Source: Candidatus Binatia bacterium (lineage in GTDB: Bacteria > Desulfobacterota > Binatia > Bin18). From it: a DNA stretch of 64,000 nucleotides. Positions 30,294-39,882 of this stretch are shown here, piece after piece. The stretch's first letter is position 1. Each line of letters starts with the position of its first letter. The notes beneath the pieces are model-generated. The model had not been told where the DNA came from. It made no database searches and saw only the letters and a list, made by a program, of their open reading frames with translations. Made by a program: the position numbers and the translations under genes. The stretch lies in contig CAXXHG010000015.1 in the NCBI GenBank assembly GCA_963666315.2, forward strand, positions 96,001-160,000, written 5' to 3'.

Positions 30294-31181
30294 ATGCACA
30301 TCGGATATATGGCAATCGGCGTCGGCCTTCTGGCCAACGGAGAGACGATCGGAATGGCCGCGCAGCGGGCCGAGCAGGCCGGCTTTCACTCCATTTGGGC
30401 GCCAGAGCATATCGTGCTGCTCGAGCAGTATACGTCCAAATACCCCTATTCGCCGAATGGGAAAATCGCCGCCAGCCCCACCATGCAGTTCGATATCCTC
30501 GATCCATTCGCCACGTTAACCTTCGCTGCGGCGCAGACCACCACGCTGCGCGTCGGCACCGGGATCTGCCTCGTGCCCGAGCGGAACCCGCTCACCACGG
30601 CCAAAGAAGTCGCCACCCTGGACAAATTGTCCGGAGGCCGGTTCGAGTTTGGGGTCGGCATCGGCTGGCTGGAAGAAGAGTTCGCCGCACTGGGAGTTCC
30701 CTGGGCGCGTCGCAACGCGCGGACCCGGGAATATCTCGACGTCATGAAACGGCTGTGGACCGAGGAAGAGACGGCGTTCGAAGGCGAGTTTTGCAGTTTC
30801 CCGAGTGTGCGCTCGTACCCCAAACCCGCGCAGACACCCCACCCACCAATTATTTTCGGCGGCGAAGGCGACCCGGCGCTCCGGCGCGTCGGCGAGGTGG
30901 GCGATGGGTGGTTCGGGATGAATGTCTCTGTGGCCGGCGCCAAGCCCAAGATCGACAAGATCAAGGACTATGCCAAAGCCGCCGGCCGGGACCCGAACAC
31001 GTTCGAGTTCTCCATCTCGCTCGGTGCCGGTGTCTTACCGACCAAGGACGATCTCAAGGGCCTCCAAGATGCGGGCGTGCACCAAGTGATCGTCTGGCCC
31101 TTCTCGGCCGATCTGCAGGCCGTGAAAGACGACATCGACACGCTCGGAGACGAGGTCGTCGCGCCGGCCTCGAACCTGTAA
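30294..31181 (+). CDS. Probable F420-dependent LLM oxidoreductase (TIGR03619-like)
   Basis: WAPEHIV, DPFATL, AKEVATLDKLSGGR, GIGWLEEEF. Confidence 0.88.
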   Translation: MHIGYMAIGVGLLANGETIGMAAQRAEQAGFHSIWAPEHIVLLEQYTSKYPYSPNGKIAASPTMQFDILDPFATLTFAAAQTTTLRVGTGICLVPERNPLTTAKEVATLDKLSGGRFEFGVGIGWLEEEFAALGVPWARRNARTREYLDVMKRLWTEEETAFEGEFCSFPSVRSYPKPAQTPHPPIIFGGEGDPALRRVGEVGDGWFGMNVSVAGAKPKIDKIKDYAKAAGRDPNTFEFSISLGAGVLPTKDDLKGLQDAGVHQVIVWPFSADLQAVKDDIDTLGDEVVAPASNL

Positions 31182-31195
31182 TCCTCCGACTCTCT

Positions 31196-31230
31196 CCCCG
31201 GGCCTGGCCCGCCGAGTCCCAGGCCCGGGG
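31196..31230 (+). terminator. GC-rich hairpin after the LLM gene
   Basis: CCCCGGGCCTGG / CCAGGCCCGGGG perfect 12-bp stem; no U tract. Confidence 0.5.
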
Positions 31231-31501
31231 CAGCACGCTCGGGTTCTGTTGCGAACGTTCGAGCCCGAAAGAACCGATAGTGGAGTGCCTGCAAGAGCGA
31301 CTTTTTCTCGCGGATGAACGAAGCCGGCTATAACGCGCTTACGCGTACGCCTCCGCTGGCAACCAACTCATTAGGCAGACGCGCGTGGCGAAAGCGCTCC
31401 CCAAAGCGATGGGAGTCCTAGTGGCGGAACAGGTCAGCTTCGCAGAAGAGGCGTTTCTCGAAGGAGGCTGTTGCTCGCGCTCTGCTCGAAAGGAACAGGT
31501 C

Positions 31502-32122
31502 ATGATGAGACTCTATCAGCTCGTAGCATCACCCTTCGCCGTGCGTGTGCGAATCGCTCTCTCTGCCAAAGGTGTGATGCCGGAGTTCGCCGCTCCGCCA
31601 GACGGCCTCGGTTCCGAGGCCTTCCGCAATATCACGCCGCTCGGAAAGGTTCCGTCTCTGGTTTGCGACGACGGTACCGTGATCGCGGAGTCCGCTGTCA
31701 TCAACGAGTACCTGGAAGAACAGTTTTCCGAGCCGGCGTTGCTGCCCGCCGCGCTACAGGAGCGGGCCCGCGCCCGCATGGTGATCCAGATGACGGACGC
31801 GTACGTATTCGCCCGCTATTTGCCGCTGTTCACCGCGGTCAAAGCCGAGGGGAAGTCATCGTCGGCCGTTGCGGACGGTATTGAGGGAGTGAAGGGGGGC
31901 CTGGCCGCGCTGGAGCGAGTCATCGATGACGAGACCTATGCGGTTGGGGATGCATTGTCGCTTGCCGACTGCGCCCTGGTGCCCGTCTTGTTTTACCTCA
32001 CGGCATACTCGGCCGAGTATTTTGGAGCGGGCGATGTGCTGGACCACTGCCCGAAGCTCAAACGCTATTGGCCGCGCATCGCCACGAACCCGCACGTGGC
32101 GCAGGCGCTGGCTGGCCGATAG
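31502..32122 (+). CDS. Glutathione S-transferase family protein
   Basis: SPFAVRVR, PLGKVPSL, ESAVINEYLEE, SLADCAL. Confidence 0.9.
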   Translation: MMRLYQLVASPFAVRVRIALSAKGVMPEFAAPPDGLGSEAFRNITPLGKVPSLVCDDGTVIAESAVINEYLEEQFSEPALLPAALQERARARMVIQMTDAYVFARYLPLFTAVKAEGKSSSAVADGIEGVKGGLAALERVIDDETYAVGDALSLADCALVPVLFYLTAYSAEYFGAGDVLDHCPKLKRYWPRIATNPHVAQALAGR

Positions 32123-32158
32123 GGGGTACCCTAACTTGATCCACGGCCTCATAGAACT

Positions 32159-32261
32159 TCACGCCAGCTCCTCCAGTAACGCCTTCGCCTCCTTCAAGTC
32201 CGCCATGTCAAAGCCTTCGGTGAACCAGTTGTAGACGGGGGCGAGTAGCTCTCTCGCTTTT
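32159..32261 (-). pseudogene. C-terminal tip of an adenylate/guanylate cyclase-AAA-TPR protein
   Basis: [32 protein letters not shown]. Confidence 0.8.
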
Positions 32262-32280
32262 CCGATAACTTGACAAAGCC
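32262..32280. mobile_element. Solitary IS6 terminal inverted repeat
   Basis: Reverse complement GGCTTTGTCAAGTTATCGG versus copy-2 end GGTATTGTCAAGTTATCGG (17/19). Confidence 0.7.
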
Positions 32281-32380
32281 CATCGGAAGACACCTCCACT
32301 TCCTCACACCGCCAAAATCCGACGCGAACTCTCCGTGCGGTCGATTTCCTTGACCAGCACATCAAGAACGTCGCCTCTTT

Positions 32381-32623
32381 TCATTCTGATTCTCCTCTGA
32401 GGCCCGACTCCTCAGTCTTAGTATTTTCTTCCTCCTCCGACCTGACCACCTGGACAGCATCGAACGGGATACGGATACAGGTTCCGTTCGATTGCTCTAT
32501 AAAATAATGCGCGGCTCTGGTCTCTGCGGCGTGTAGCTCCAGTTTGACTACGTTCTCATAGGTGAAGGTAGTGCGATCGCCGCCAGCAGGCTCAAGCCTG
32601 CAAGATATGAAAACAGACATCAT
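32381..32623 (-). CDS. Small hypothetical protein (80 aa)
   Basis: AAGGAGG RBS; MMSVFISCRLEP... Confidence 0.6.
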   Translation of the reverse strand: MMSVFISCRLEPAGGDRTTFTYENVVKLELHAAETRAAHYFIEQSNGTCIRIPFDAVQVVRSEEEENTKTEESGLRGESE

Positions 32624-32825
32624 TGTGATTTCCTCCTTATACTTCCACGCAAATAGGAAAGTCAGACCGCTGTTGTTCTGCCTTGTCCTGTTCAATACGA
32701 GTGACCATTTTTGATCATGCTGTTTTTATCGAGGGGAGAGCGGTAAATGTGTCGAGAAATCCATAGTAGCTCTGTTGAGAAAGGAGGGAGTTCGCTTTAA
32801 TTGCACCCACATACGGGGCGGGATT

Positions 32826-32960
32826 ATGTCTGACCGGTTGAGTGATTGGTATGAGCGTCTCCACAGCTCCGTGTACGACTTTGTCTGGTGGTCTGCTGCG
32901 GGGCTGGTTGTTGTTATCAACTACTATGGCATAAGAATTTTCCTTAGCGAGCGAGGCTGA
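32826..32960 (+). CDS. Small single-TM protein (44 aa)
   Basis: MSDRLSDWYERLHSSVYDFVWWSAAGLVVVINYYGIRIFLSERG. Confidence 0.45.
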   Translation: MSDRLSDWYERLHSSVYDFVWWSAAGLVVVINYYGIRIFLSERG

Positions 32961-33091
32961 ATGACAACTGAGGACTACAAGGAGGAATCATGAATCAGGG
33001 TGGATGCAGCCCGGCGGAAATGTGCCCAGCTTCTCTGCTTAAGGAAAGCCGTACCGTCGGAATTCTTTGAACCCATCCGGCCACCCTTTGG

Positions 33092-33571
33092 GTGCAATTA
33101 CTGAGCGGAAAGACCTTGTGGCGCGAGATGAAAGACAATCTGCTGAAAGAACGATCTGGCGACGATATCGCCACGGGTAAAAAATTCTTTCGCCGTCAAT
33201 TCGAGCTAACCAAACGTCTGCATCAAGCGGGCGTACGGTCCTTGGCAGGCACGGACACTCCTTCACCGTCCATCTTTCCTGGCTCTTCCTTGCATGAAGA
33301 GTTAGTGCTGTTGGTCGAGGCAGGATTGACGCCACTGGAAGCTTTGCAGACGGCAACCCGGAATCCTGCCGAATACTTCGACCAGCTCGACATGCTCGGG
33401 ACCATACAAGAAGGCAAGCTTGCCGATCTGGTGCTCCTCGAAGCGAACCCCTTGGCAGACATTAGCAATACCCAGAAAATTTCAGCGGTAATGGTGGGTG
33501 GCAAGTTGTTCTCCCACGAGGTGCTTCAGGCTCTGCTTGCCAGTGCGGCCACAGCTGCCCAGCAGGAGTAA
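33092..33571 (+). pseudogene. Amidohydrolase, C-terminal fragment
   Basis: LAGTD, GSSLHEEL, ALQTATRNPA, GKLADLVLL; N-terminal HxH motif missing. Confidence 0.8.
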
Positions 33572-33708
33572 ACGAAGAGTCCATTCTGAAGCCACGAAAA
33601 GAGTCATCGGCGATTCCTCGGGAACGCCGTGTCAACACGACGTCAGAATGGTAGGCCCACCGATCATATTCCCAAAGTAGCCTGCTGCTACCGGAGCGAC
33701 CATCTGTA

Positions 33709-34560
33709 TTAGGCCAACCGCTCAGCAATTGTGGCGTACTCATCGAGGAAGGGCAGAATGACATCACGCCCCTGGGTCGGCGCTCGCACAACGGTTCGTA
33801 CTCCGCCAAACGCCCGGTATCGCTCAAGCCGTTCCATATCTGGCGCATCGATACAGAAAAAGGAAATCGGAAGGGCGCCCGGGTCCCGTCCGGCTACCTG
33901 CACGCGCTCGTGCAGATCCGCAATCGCGGCGGACATATCGTCAATAACGGACTCAACCGGAATCCAGCCATCACATAGATCCACGACACGCTGACGGTCA
34001 GTTGGGGAGTTCAGACTGCCCAGAAGGATAGGTGGATGGGGCTTAGTGAGCGGTTTGGGATAGGACCAGATACGGTCAAAATTGACAAACTCGCCGTGAT
34101 ACGAGGCTTCGTCCTGCATCCACATCTGCTTCATGGCCTCGATATACTCGGTCAACATTTTCCAGCGCCGCTTGGGCGGCGTGCCATGGTTGGCCATTTC
34201 CTCCTTATTCCAGCCCGCCCCAATCCCAAAAATGAATCGGCCGTTAGCAATACGATCAAGCGAGGCGACCTGTTTGGCTTGCACGATCGGATCATGCTCA
34301 ATCACCAGGGAGATCCCCGTACCCAACTTCAGCGTTTTTGTCACCGCAGCCGCAGCCGCTAACCCAATGAAGGGGTCGGACATATGAATGTATTCCTTGG
34401 GGAGCTCCCCCCCGGCCGGGTAGGGGGTCTCACGACTCGCTGGAATATGGGTATGTTCAGGTAACCACAGAGACTCGAACCCCCGGACCTCGCACTCGCG
34501 CGCCAGCTCATCAGCTGGCATGGTGTATTCGGTGTTGAAGCTAAAGATTCCGATATTCAT
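33709..34560 (-). CDS. Probable F420-dependent LLM oxidoreductase
   Basis: WLPEHTHIP, DPFIGL, AKQVASLD, GAGWNKEEM. Confidence 0.9.
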   Translation of the reverse strand: MNIGIFSFNTEYTMPADELARECEVRGFESLWLPEHTHIPASRETPYPAGGELPKEYIHMSDPFIGLAAAAAVTKTLKLGTGISLVIEHDPIVQAKQVASLDRIANGRFIFGIGAGWNKEEMANHGTPPKRRWKMLTEYIEAMKQMWMQDEASYHGEFVNFDRIWSYPKPLTKPHPPILLGSLNSPTDRQRVVDLCDGWIPVESVIDDMSAAIADLHERVQVAGRDPGALPISFFCIDAPDMERLERYRAFGGVRTVVRAPTQGRDVILPFLDEYATIAERLA

Positions 34561-34862
34561 TCTACACGCTCCTAACAACCTAAAACGTCAACTGATTAAG
34601 CGAACGCAAGCGCTTGTGCTGAACCCAGAATACGTTGGTAACAGAGCTTCCAGACGCCCTCGACTCTAGCTCAGGGGCTTGTCGATAAGCAAGACTCATC
34701 AGGGGGGACCCATGGCCAGACTCGGTAAGCGTTGAAGACTCCCTCTATAAACTTCGCCAGAAGTGCAGCACGACCAGGAGAGCACTTGGCGAGCACTCCC
34801 TGGAACTTGATACGTTCACTTCACTAGTGGTAGGACGTTGAGCAAAAGGAGGTCGTGAACCT

Positions 34863-35144
34863 ATGATGGACTACAGCGAGTACGAGTATCTGAAGATCGA
34901 GGTCGCCGAACGGGTGGCCACAGTGACCATCAACCGGCCCGACCAACTGAATGCCGTTCACGCAGCGCTGCACCACGAGTTCGAGCAAATCTGGCTGGAC
35001 CTGGCGCAGGATCGCGACGTCAACGCAATCTTGCTGACAGGTGCAGGCAAAGCGTTTTCTGTGGGCGGCGACCTGACCAGCCGCGAAAAGCCGACCAAGA
35101 GCAAGGGCCGCGGCGGGCGACGGATCGTGAAGAGAAGGTCATGA
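34863..35144 (+). pseudogene. Enoyl-CoA hydratase, N-terminal fragment
   Basis: NRPDQLNA, GAGKAFSVGGD, truncated at 93 aa; strong AGGAGG RBS. Confidence 0.8.
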
Positions 35145-36010
35145 CGCGAATTGTCAAATGTGGACTGATCCAAACCACGCTCGCCTGCGCGGCAGAAGAA
35201 CCAATTGACACCATCAAGCAAGCCAGCCTGGCAAAGCATCTCAACTTCATCGAACAGGCAGGCCGTCAGGGTATACAGATCCTCTGCCTCCAAGAGTTGT
35301 TCACCGGGCCGTACTTCTGCGCCGAACAAAACCCACGCTGGTACGAAGCCGTGGAAAAGGTTCCTGAAGGTCCGACCACGAAACTGATGCAAGAGCTAGC
35401 GAAAAAATACGAGATGGTTCTGGTGGTGCCAGTCTATGAAGAAGATCTCACTGGCGTGTACTACAATACGGCGGCCGTTATTGATGCCGACGGAACGTAT
35501 CTGGGGAAATACCGCAAGCACCACATCCCACACGTAGCGCCTGGGTTTTGGGAGAAGTTCTATTTTCGGCCGGGGAATCTGGGTTATCCGGTCTTCAAAA
35601 CCAGATACGCAGACGTCGGGGTATACATCTGCTACGACCGACATTTTCCTGAAGGCGCAAGAATCCTAGGCTTGAATGGCGCCGAGATTGTGTTGAACCC
35701 CTCTGCTACCGTGGCCGGGCTATCAGAATACTTGTGGAAACTGGAGCAGCCTGCGCATGCCGTGGCGAACGCCTATTTTGTGGGGGCGATTAACCGCGTG
35801 GGGTACGAAGACCCTTGGCGTATCGGCGAGTTCTACGGTACGAGCTATTTTTGCAATCCGCGCGGACAGATTATTACCGAAGCGAGCCGCGACAAAGACG
35901 AACTGCTCGTAGCAGAACTTAATCTGACTATGGTTCGCGACGTCCGTAATGAGTGGCAGTTCTTCCGTGACCGTCGGCCAGAGACATACGATGCGTTGAT
36001 CAAAGAGTGA
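35141..36010 (+). CDS. Nitrilase-superfamily beta-ureidopropionase-like amidohydrolase
   Basis: CLQELF, KYRKHHIP, GFWEKFYF, ICYDRHFPE (E-K-C triad). Confidence 0.88.
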   Translation: MTRIVKCGLIQTTLACAAEEPIDTIKQASLAKHLNFIEQAGRQGIQILCLQELFTGPYFCAEQNPRWYEAVEKVPEGPTTKLMQELAKKYEMVLVVPVYEEDLTGVYYNTAAVIDADGTYLGKYRKHHIPHVAPGFWEKFYFRPGNLGYPVFKTRYADVGVYICYDRHFPEGARILGLNGAEIVLNPSATVAGLSEYLWKLEQPAHAVANAYFVGAINRVGYEDPWRIGEFYGTSYFCNPRGQIITEASRDKDELLVAELNLTMVRDVRNEWQFFRDRRPETYDALIKE

Positions 36011-36030
36011 AGAAAAGAGGGAGAGGAGTG

Positions 36031-37041
36031 ATGCTTGAATTTGCAATCACGTTTAAGCCTGACAAGGACATGAAGCCGGAGCGTCTTGTGAATCTCACCC
36101 GTCAGGCCGAGGCGGCCGGTTTTACGTATGGCTGGTCCTTTGATTCCCATATCATCTGGCAAGATCCCTACCCCATGCTTACGCTGATGGCGGCCAACAC
36201 GGAGCGGATGCGTCTCGGCACGTGCGTGACCAACCCGTTGGTGCGTGATCCCACGGTAACGGCAAGCCTGCTCGCCACACTCAACCGCGTCTCGCACGGC
36301 CGGATGGACCTGGGTATTGGCCGCGGCGACAGCTCGCGGCGCGTCATGGGGAAAAAACAGGCCACAGTCGTGCGGCTCGAGGAGACGGTTCACCTGATTC
36401 ATGACTTGACCGCTGGGAAACAGGTCAACTACCAAGGGCAGCCCATCCAGATCCCATGGGCAGATGCAGGTATCCCGCCAGTCTGGATCGCTGGCTACGG
36501 CCCGAAGGTGCTGCGGTGCGCGGGTCGGGTCGCAGAGGGTGTGATCTTTCAGTTCGCCGATCCAGCATTGATTCAGTGGTGCCTGGGGTTTGTCCACGAA
36601 GGAGCGCACATGGCAGGCCGGGACGCGTCCACCATTCGGGTCATGAGCGCTGCTGCGGTGTGGCCCTCAGAAGACCTCGCCGCGGCACGCGAGCAGGTTC
36701 GCTGGTTCCCGGCATTAGTGTCAAACCACGTCGTAGACCTCCTCTCGCGCTACCCAGCCGAAGAACTACCCAAGAGCCTGACCACCTATGTACGCACCCG
36801 CCACGGCTACGATTATCTTCAACACTGTGAGGTGAGCAGCGCGAATGAAGGCTTTGTCTCTGACGAGGTCGTGGACCGCTTTTGTATTGTCGGATCGGTG
36901 CAGGAGCACGTCCGCCGGCTCCGCGAGCTGCAGCGCGCGGGTGTGACCCAATTCAATATTTATCTGATGAGCGGCGAGGAAGAACAAACGCTTGAGATTT
37001 ACGGCCGCGACATCATTCCAGCTCTGAGAGAGGGAGAATAG
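36031..37041 (+). CDS. F420-dependent LLM oxidoreductase, TIGR03842-like
   Basis: FDSHIIWQDPYP, CVTNP, GIGRGDS, WFPALVSNH, QFNIYLM; next to the ureidopropionase. Confidence 0.8.
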   Translation: MLEFAITFKPDKDMKPERLVNLTRQAEAAGFTYGWSFDSHIIWQDPYPMLTLMAANTERMRLGTCVTNPLVRDPTVTASLLATLNRVSHGRMDLGIGRGDSSRRVMGKKQATVVRLEETVHLIHDLTAGKQVNYQGQPIQIPWADAGIPPVWIAGYGPKVLRCAGRVAEGVIFQFADPALIQWCLGFVHEGAHMAGRDASTIRVMSAAAVWPSEDLAAAREQVRWFPALVSNHVVDLLSRYPAEELPKSLTTYVRTRHGYDYLQHCEVSSANEGFVSDEVVDRFCIVGSVQEHVRRLRELQRAGVTQFNIYLMSGEEEQTLEIYGRDIIPALREGE

Positions 37042-37091
37042 AAAGCTGGGCTTGGTCAAGAAAGACGATAGCATTGAGAAGAACTCAAGGT

Positions 37092-37153
37092 GAAGAACCT
37101 CTCAGGAGGGACTGTCGCAGAGAGATTCTTCGGCCTCCGGCCTCAGAATGACA
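37092..37153. repeat. REP-like inverted element between convergent genes
   Basis: GAAGAACCTCTC ... GAGAGATTCTTC followed by GGCCTCCGGCC-TCAGAATGACA. Confidence 0.55.
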
Positions 37154-37191
37154 GACCCGCAAAATCCCTGGGGAGGACCATGGTGATTCGG

Positions 37192-38097
37192 CTACGCTTC
37201 TTCCATAGCAGCCTCGGATGCCACCTTCTCCAAAATGGTCGCCATTTCTTGAGGATCGGAAACAAAGGACGGGAAATCCAAGATGAGGCGGCTGACGCCA
37301 AGCCGTTCATACTGGGCGATATCCCGGAGGACGCCTTCTGCTGTCCCAGCAATAATCACTGCCGTGATTTCAATGGTTTGGAAATCCCGGCCGGCCTCTT
37401 CTGACATCTGCTTGAGAGTAGCAAGGTCTTTAGCCAGATCTCCTTCCGTACTATACACATCGTCCGGATGCTCAGCGACGACTTGCCAGCCATCACCGAG
37501 GCTCACCACTCGTTTGAGACTGGCTTTGCCTCGGCCACCGATGGTGATTGGCGGATGAGGCTTTTGTAACGGCTGGGGCCGGCATTGGACTTCAGAAAAA
37601 TGATAAAACTGTCCGTCAAACTGCGGCTCTTCAGCCGTCCACAGCTCTTTCCAAATACGAATGTGCTCCTCGGTGCGTGCCCATCGTTTGGTAAACGGGA
37701 CCTCGAGGGCCTGGAACTCCTCTTCTAACCAGCCCGCGCCTACGCCAGCAATGAGGCGACCGTTTGACAGAACATCGAGAGAAGCCATCATCTTTCCTGT
37801 CACAATGGGATTTCGGTACGGGGCCACGATCACGGTAAAACCCAAACGAATCCTATGCGTACAACCTGCGACAAACGAGAGGATGGTAAAAGGCTCAAGA
37901 TGGGCACCTTTCGGGTCGGCGATATATTCACCTGACTTGCTGTACGGATACGGCGTAGAGATCCGCGTCGGCATGATCACATGATCGGCCGCCCATACCG
38001 ACTCAAAGCCTTGTTCTTCGCCAAGTTGGGCCATTGAGAGCATGGTTTCGTGCGTTGCCATTGCACCAAACTGAGGAAGCATAAAACCAAATTTCAT
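37192..38097 (-). CDS. Probable F420-dependent LLM oxidoreductase
   Basis: WAADHVIMP, EPFTIL, ASLDVLSNGR, GAGWLEEEF. Confidence 0.9.
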   Translation of the reverse strand: MKFGFMLPQFGAMATHETMLSMAQLGEEQGFESVWAADHVIMPTRISTPYPYSKSGEYIADPKGAHLEPFTILSFVAGCTHRIRLGFTVIVAPYRNPIVTGKMMASLDVLSNGRLIAGVGAGWLEEEFQALEVPFTKRWARTEEHIRIWKELWTAEEPQFDGQFYHFSEVQCRPQPLQKPHPPITIGGRGKASLKRVVSLGDGWQVVAEHPDDVYSTEGDLAKDLATLKQMSEEAGRDFQTIEITAVIIAGTAEGVLRDIAQYERLGVSRLILDFPSFVSDPQEMATILEKVASEAAMEEA

Positions 38098-38174
38098 GAG
38101 ACCCTCCTTAATGCAGAGTGGATCTCCAAGATCCATCTTTTTTCTAGTCAGGCTGGAGTTGAAGCCCGTCGTGG

Positions 38175-38289
38175 GGTATTGTCAAGTGATCGAGGCCCTC
38201 GTAGAGAGCAGTGACCCTGCATGCCGTCATTGAGGCATGTCCTCCCGTACCATACGTCTCTAGAGAAATCATTGGTTTCCGGCAGAGGT
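38175..38289 (+). mobile_element. IS6 left-end remnant
   Basis: GGTATTGTCAAGT IR, then MSSRTIRL*RNHWFPAE resembling the transposase N-terminus. Confidence 0.7.
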
Positions 38290-38505
38290 TCCTTCTCTCT
38301 TGTCTCAGGGCGCTGCAGGTCCAGCCGGCAAGTCCGCACGGGGCAAGAGAGTCGACGAGGGGGAAGTTTCAAAAGATTCCGTTGGAATCAGTATCGAAAT
38401 AGGCAAGCCTAGTCCCTCGTGTTGATACCCCCATAAGTCGAGTCTGACACCACCAAGCGCCTTTTGCCGCAGATGTGCGCCGGCGGGCGAGTCAGCTGCG
38501 TAGCA

Positions 38506-38848
38506 TTACGTTGTAGGAAGAAAATTCTCTGTAGCGGTGTATACTGCAGAACGAGAACGGCGCAAAGCAGCCTGAAACTTCGGGATGGACAGAATACCGC
38601 CAACTGTACGGCTCAGTGCCAAAGTGAGTACATCATCGGCTGTGCGATAGCGGTGTTGCGCGCCTCGTCGAGGCGGGTCGTGGACAACGTCCCAGACCTG
38701 CTCCTGCCACACGACCTTTCCGGACGGTAACCGGTACAAGGAAAGAGAAAGTGACACCGCCACTCGTGTCGGCCCTCGCACCGGCAATCCTATCCGACGC
38801 GACCCGACGCGAACTTGTTGGTAGCGTCGGAGGCTGAACAGAGAAAAC
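38506..38848 (-). pseudogene. 3' fragment of an unknown gene cut by IS6
   Basis: Open frame abutting the IS6 left end. Confidence 0.4.
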
Positions 38849-39685
38849 GGTATTGTCAAGTTATCGGTCTCTTGTGATGTAGCGTGGTGAAGTGCAGTAA
38901 TCATGAGATGCCCTTACGTACCACAGACCCATATAAGAATCACCGGTTTCCACCTGAAATCATTGCCCATGCCGTGTGGCTCTACCATCGCTTTAGCCTC
39001 AGTTTTCGCGAAGTGGAGGAGTTGTTAGCTGAACGCGGTGTCACCGTCAGCTACGAAGCGGTGCGCTTATGGTTCCTAAAGTTTGGGCAAGCCTTCGCCA
39101 AGAAATTACGCCGACGACGGGGACAGCCGGGTGACACCTGGCATCTGGACGAATTGTTTATTCGGATCAGAGGAGAGCGCTATTACTTGTGGCGGGCCGT
39201 CGACCAGGATGGCCATACGCTGGATATTCTGGTGCAGAAACGCCGGAATACAGGTGCGGCCAAACGGTTCTTTCGCAAGTTGTTGAAGGGGCTGCGCTAC
39301 GTTCCCAACCGCCTGGTCACCGACAAACTGCGTAGCTATGGGGCAGCCCAACGAGCTATGATGCCGTCTGTCCCTCACTGTACCCAGCAATACGTGAACA
39401 ACCGGGTTGAGGTCTTACACCAACCCATCCGGCAGCGGGAACGCCACCTGCGCCGGTTTAAGTCTCTGCGACACGTCCAACGCTTTCTCTCCGTCCACAG
39501 TCCCATCAACAATCTCTCCCGGATTGGACGGCACTTGATGAAGGCAGCTCACTATCGGTTGTTTCGAGACAAGGCTTTAGCGACTTGGCAGGCAGTGACA
39601 ATGGGTCAGGTGACAGCGTAAAGGAGTATCTCATCCGACCTCACCTACGTGAGGATCCTACGCTCCCCCATAACTTGACAGAACC
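38849..39685 (+). mobile_element. IS6-family element, copy 2 (transposase 38908-39621, apparently intact)
   Basis: WHLDELF, LWRAVD, VTDKL, NNRVE; IRs GGTATTGTCAAGTT / AACTTGACAGAACC. Confidence 0.93.
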
Positions 39686-39882
39686 TCACGCAGACATCGA
39701 GCGTCTCCCGCCACTCTGCTTTCGAATTCTCGGCGTCAACGTCAAACGTGCGTACTGCCGCGGCGTTATTCCCGCGCGCCGTGCCAAACTCGATGCGGCC
39801 ACGCGAAATGATGTCCATCGTTGCCAATCGTTCAGCCGTCCGGATCAGGCGGTTGAAATGCAGCATGGCGATGGACATCGTG
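39686..39882 (-). pseudogene. Internal LLM fragment between two IS6 copies
   Basis: AERLATMDIISRGRIEFGTARG. Confidence 0.8.

Noticed and set aside
30215-31333. Long alternative-frame or antisense ORFs (372 aa here; also 8367-9158, 35845-36609, 3307-3957)
   Set aside because: Shadows of well-supported genes in GC-rich DNA, with Arg/Pro-rich composition and no motifs
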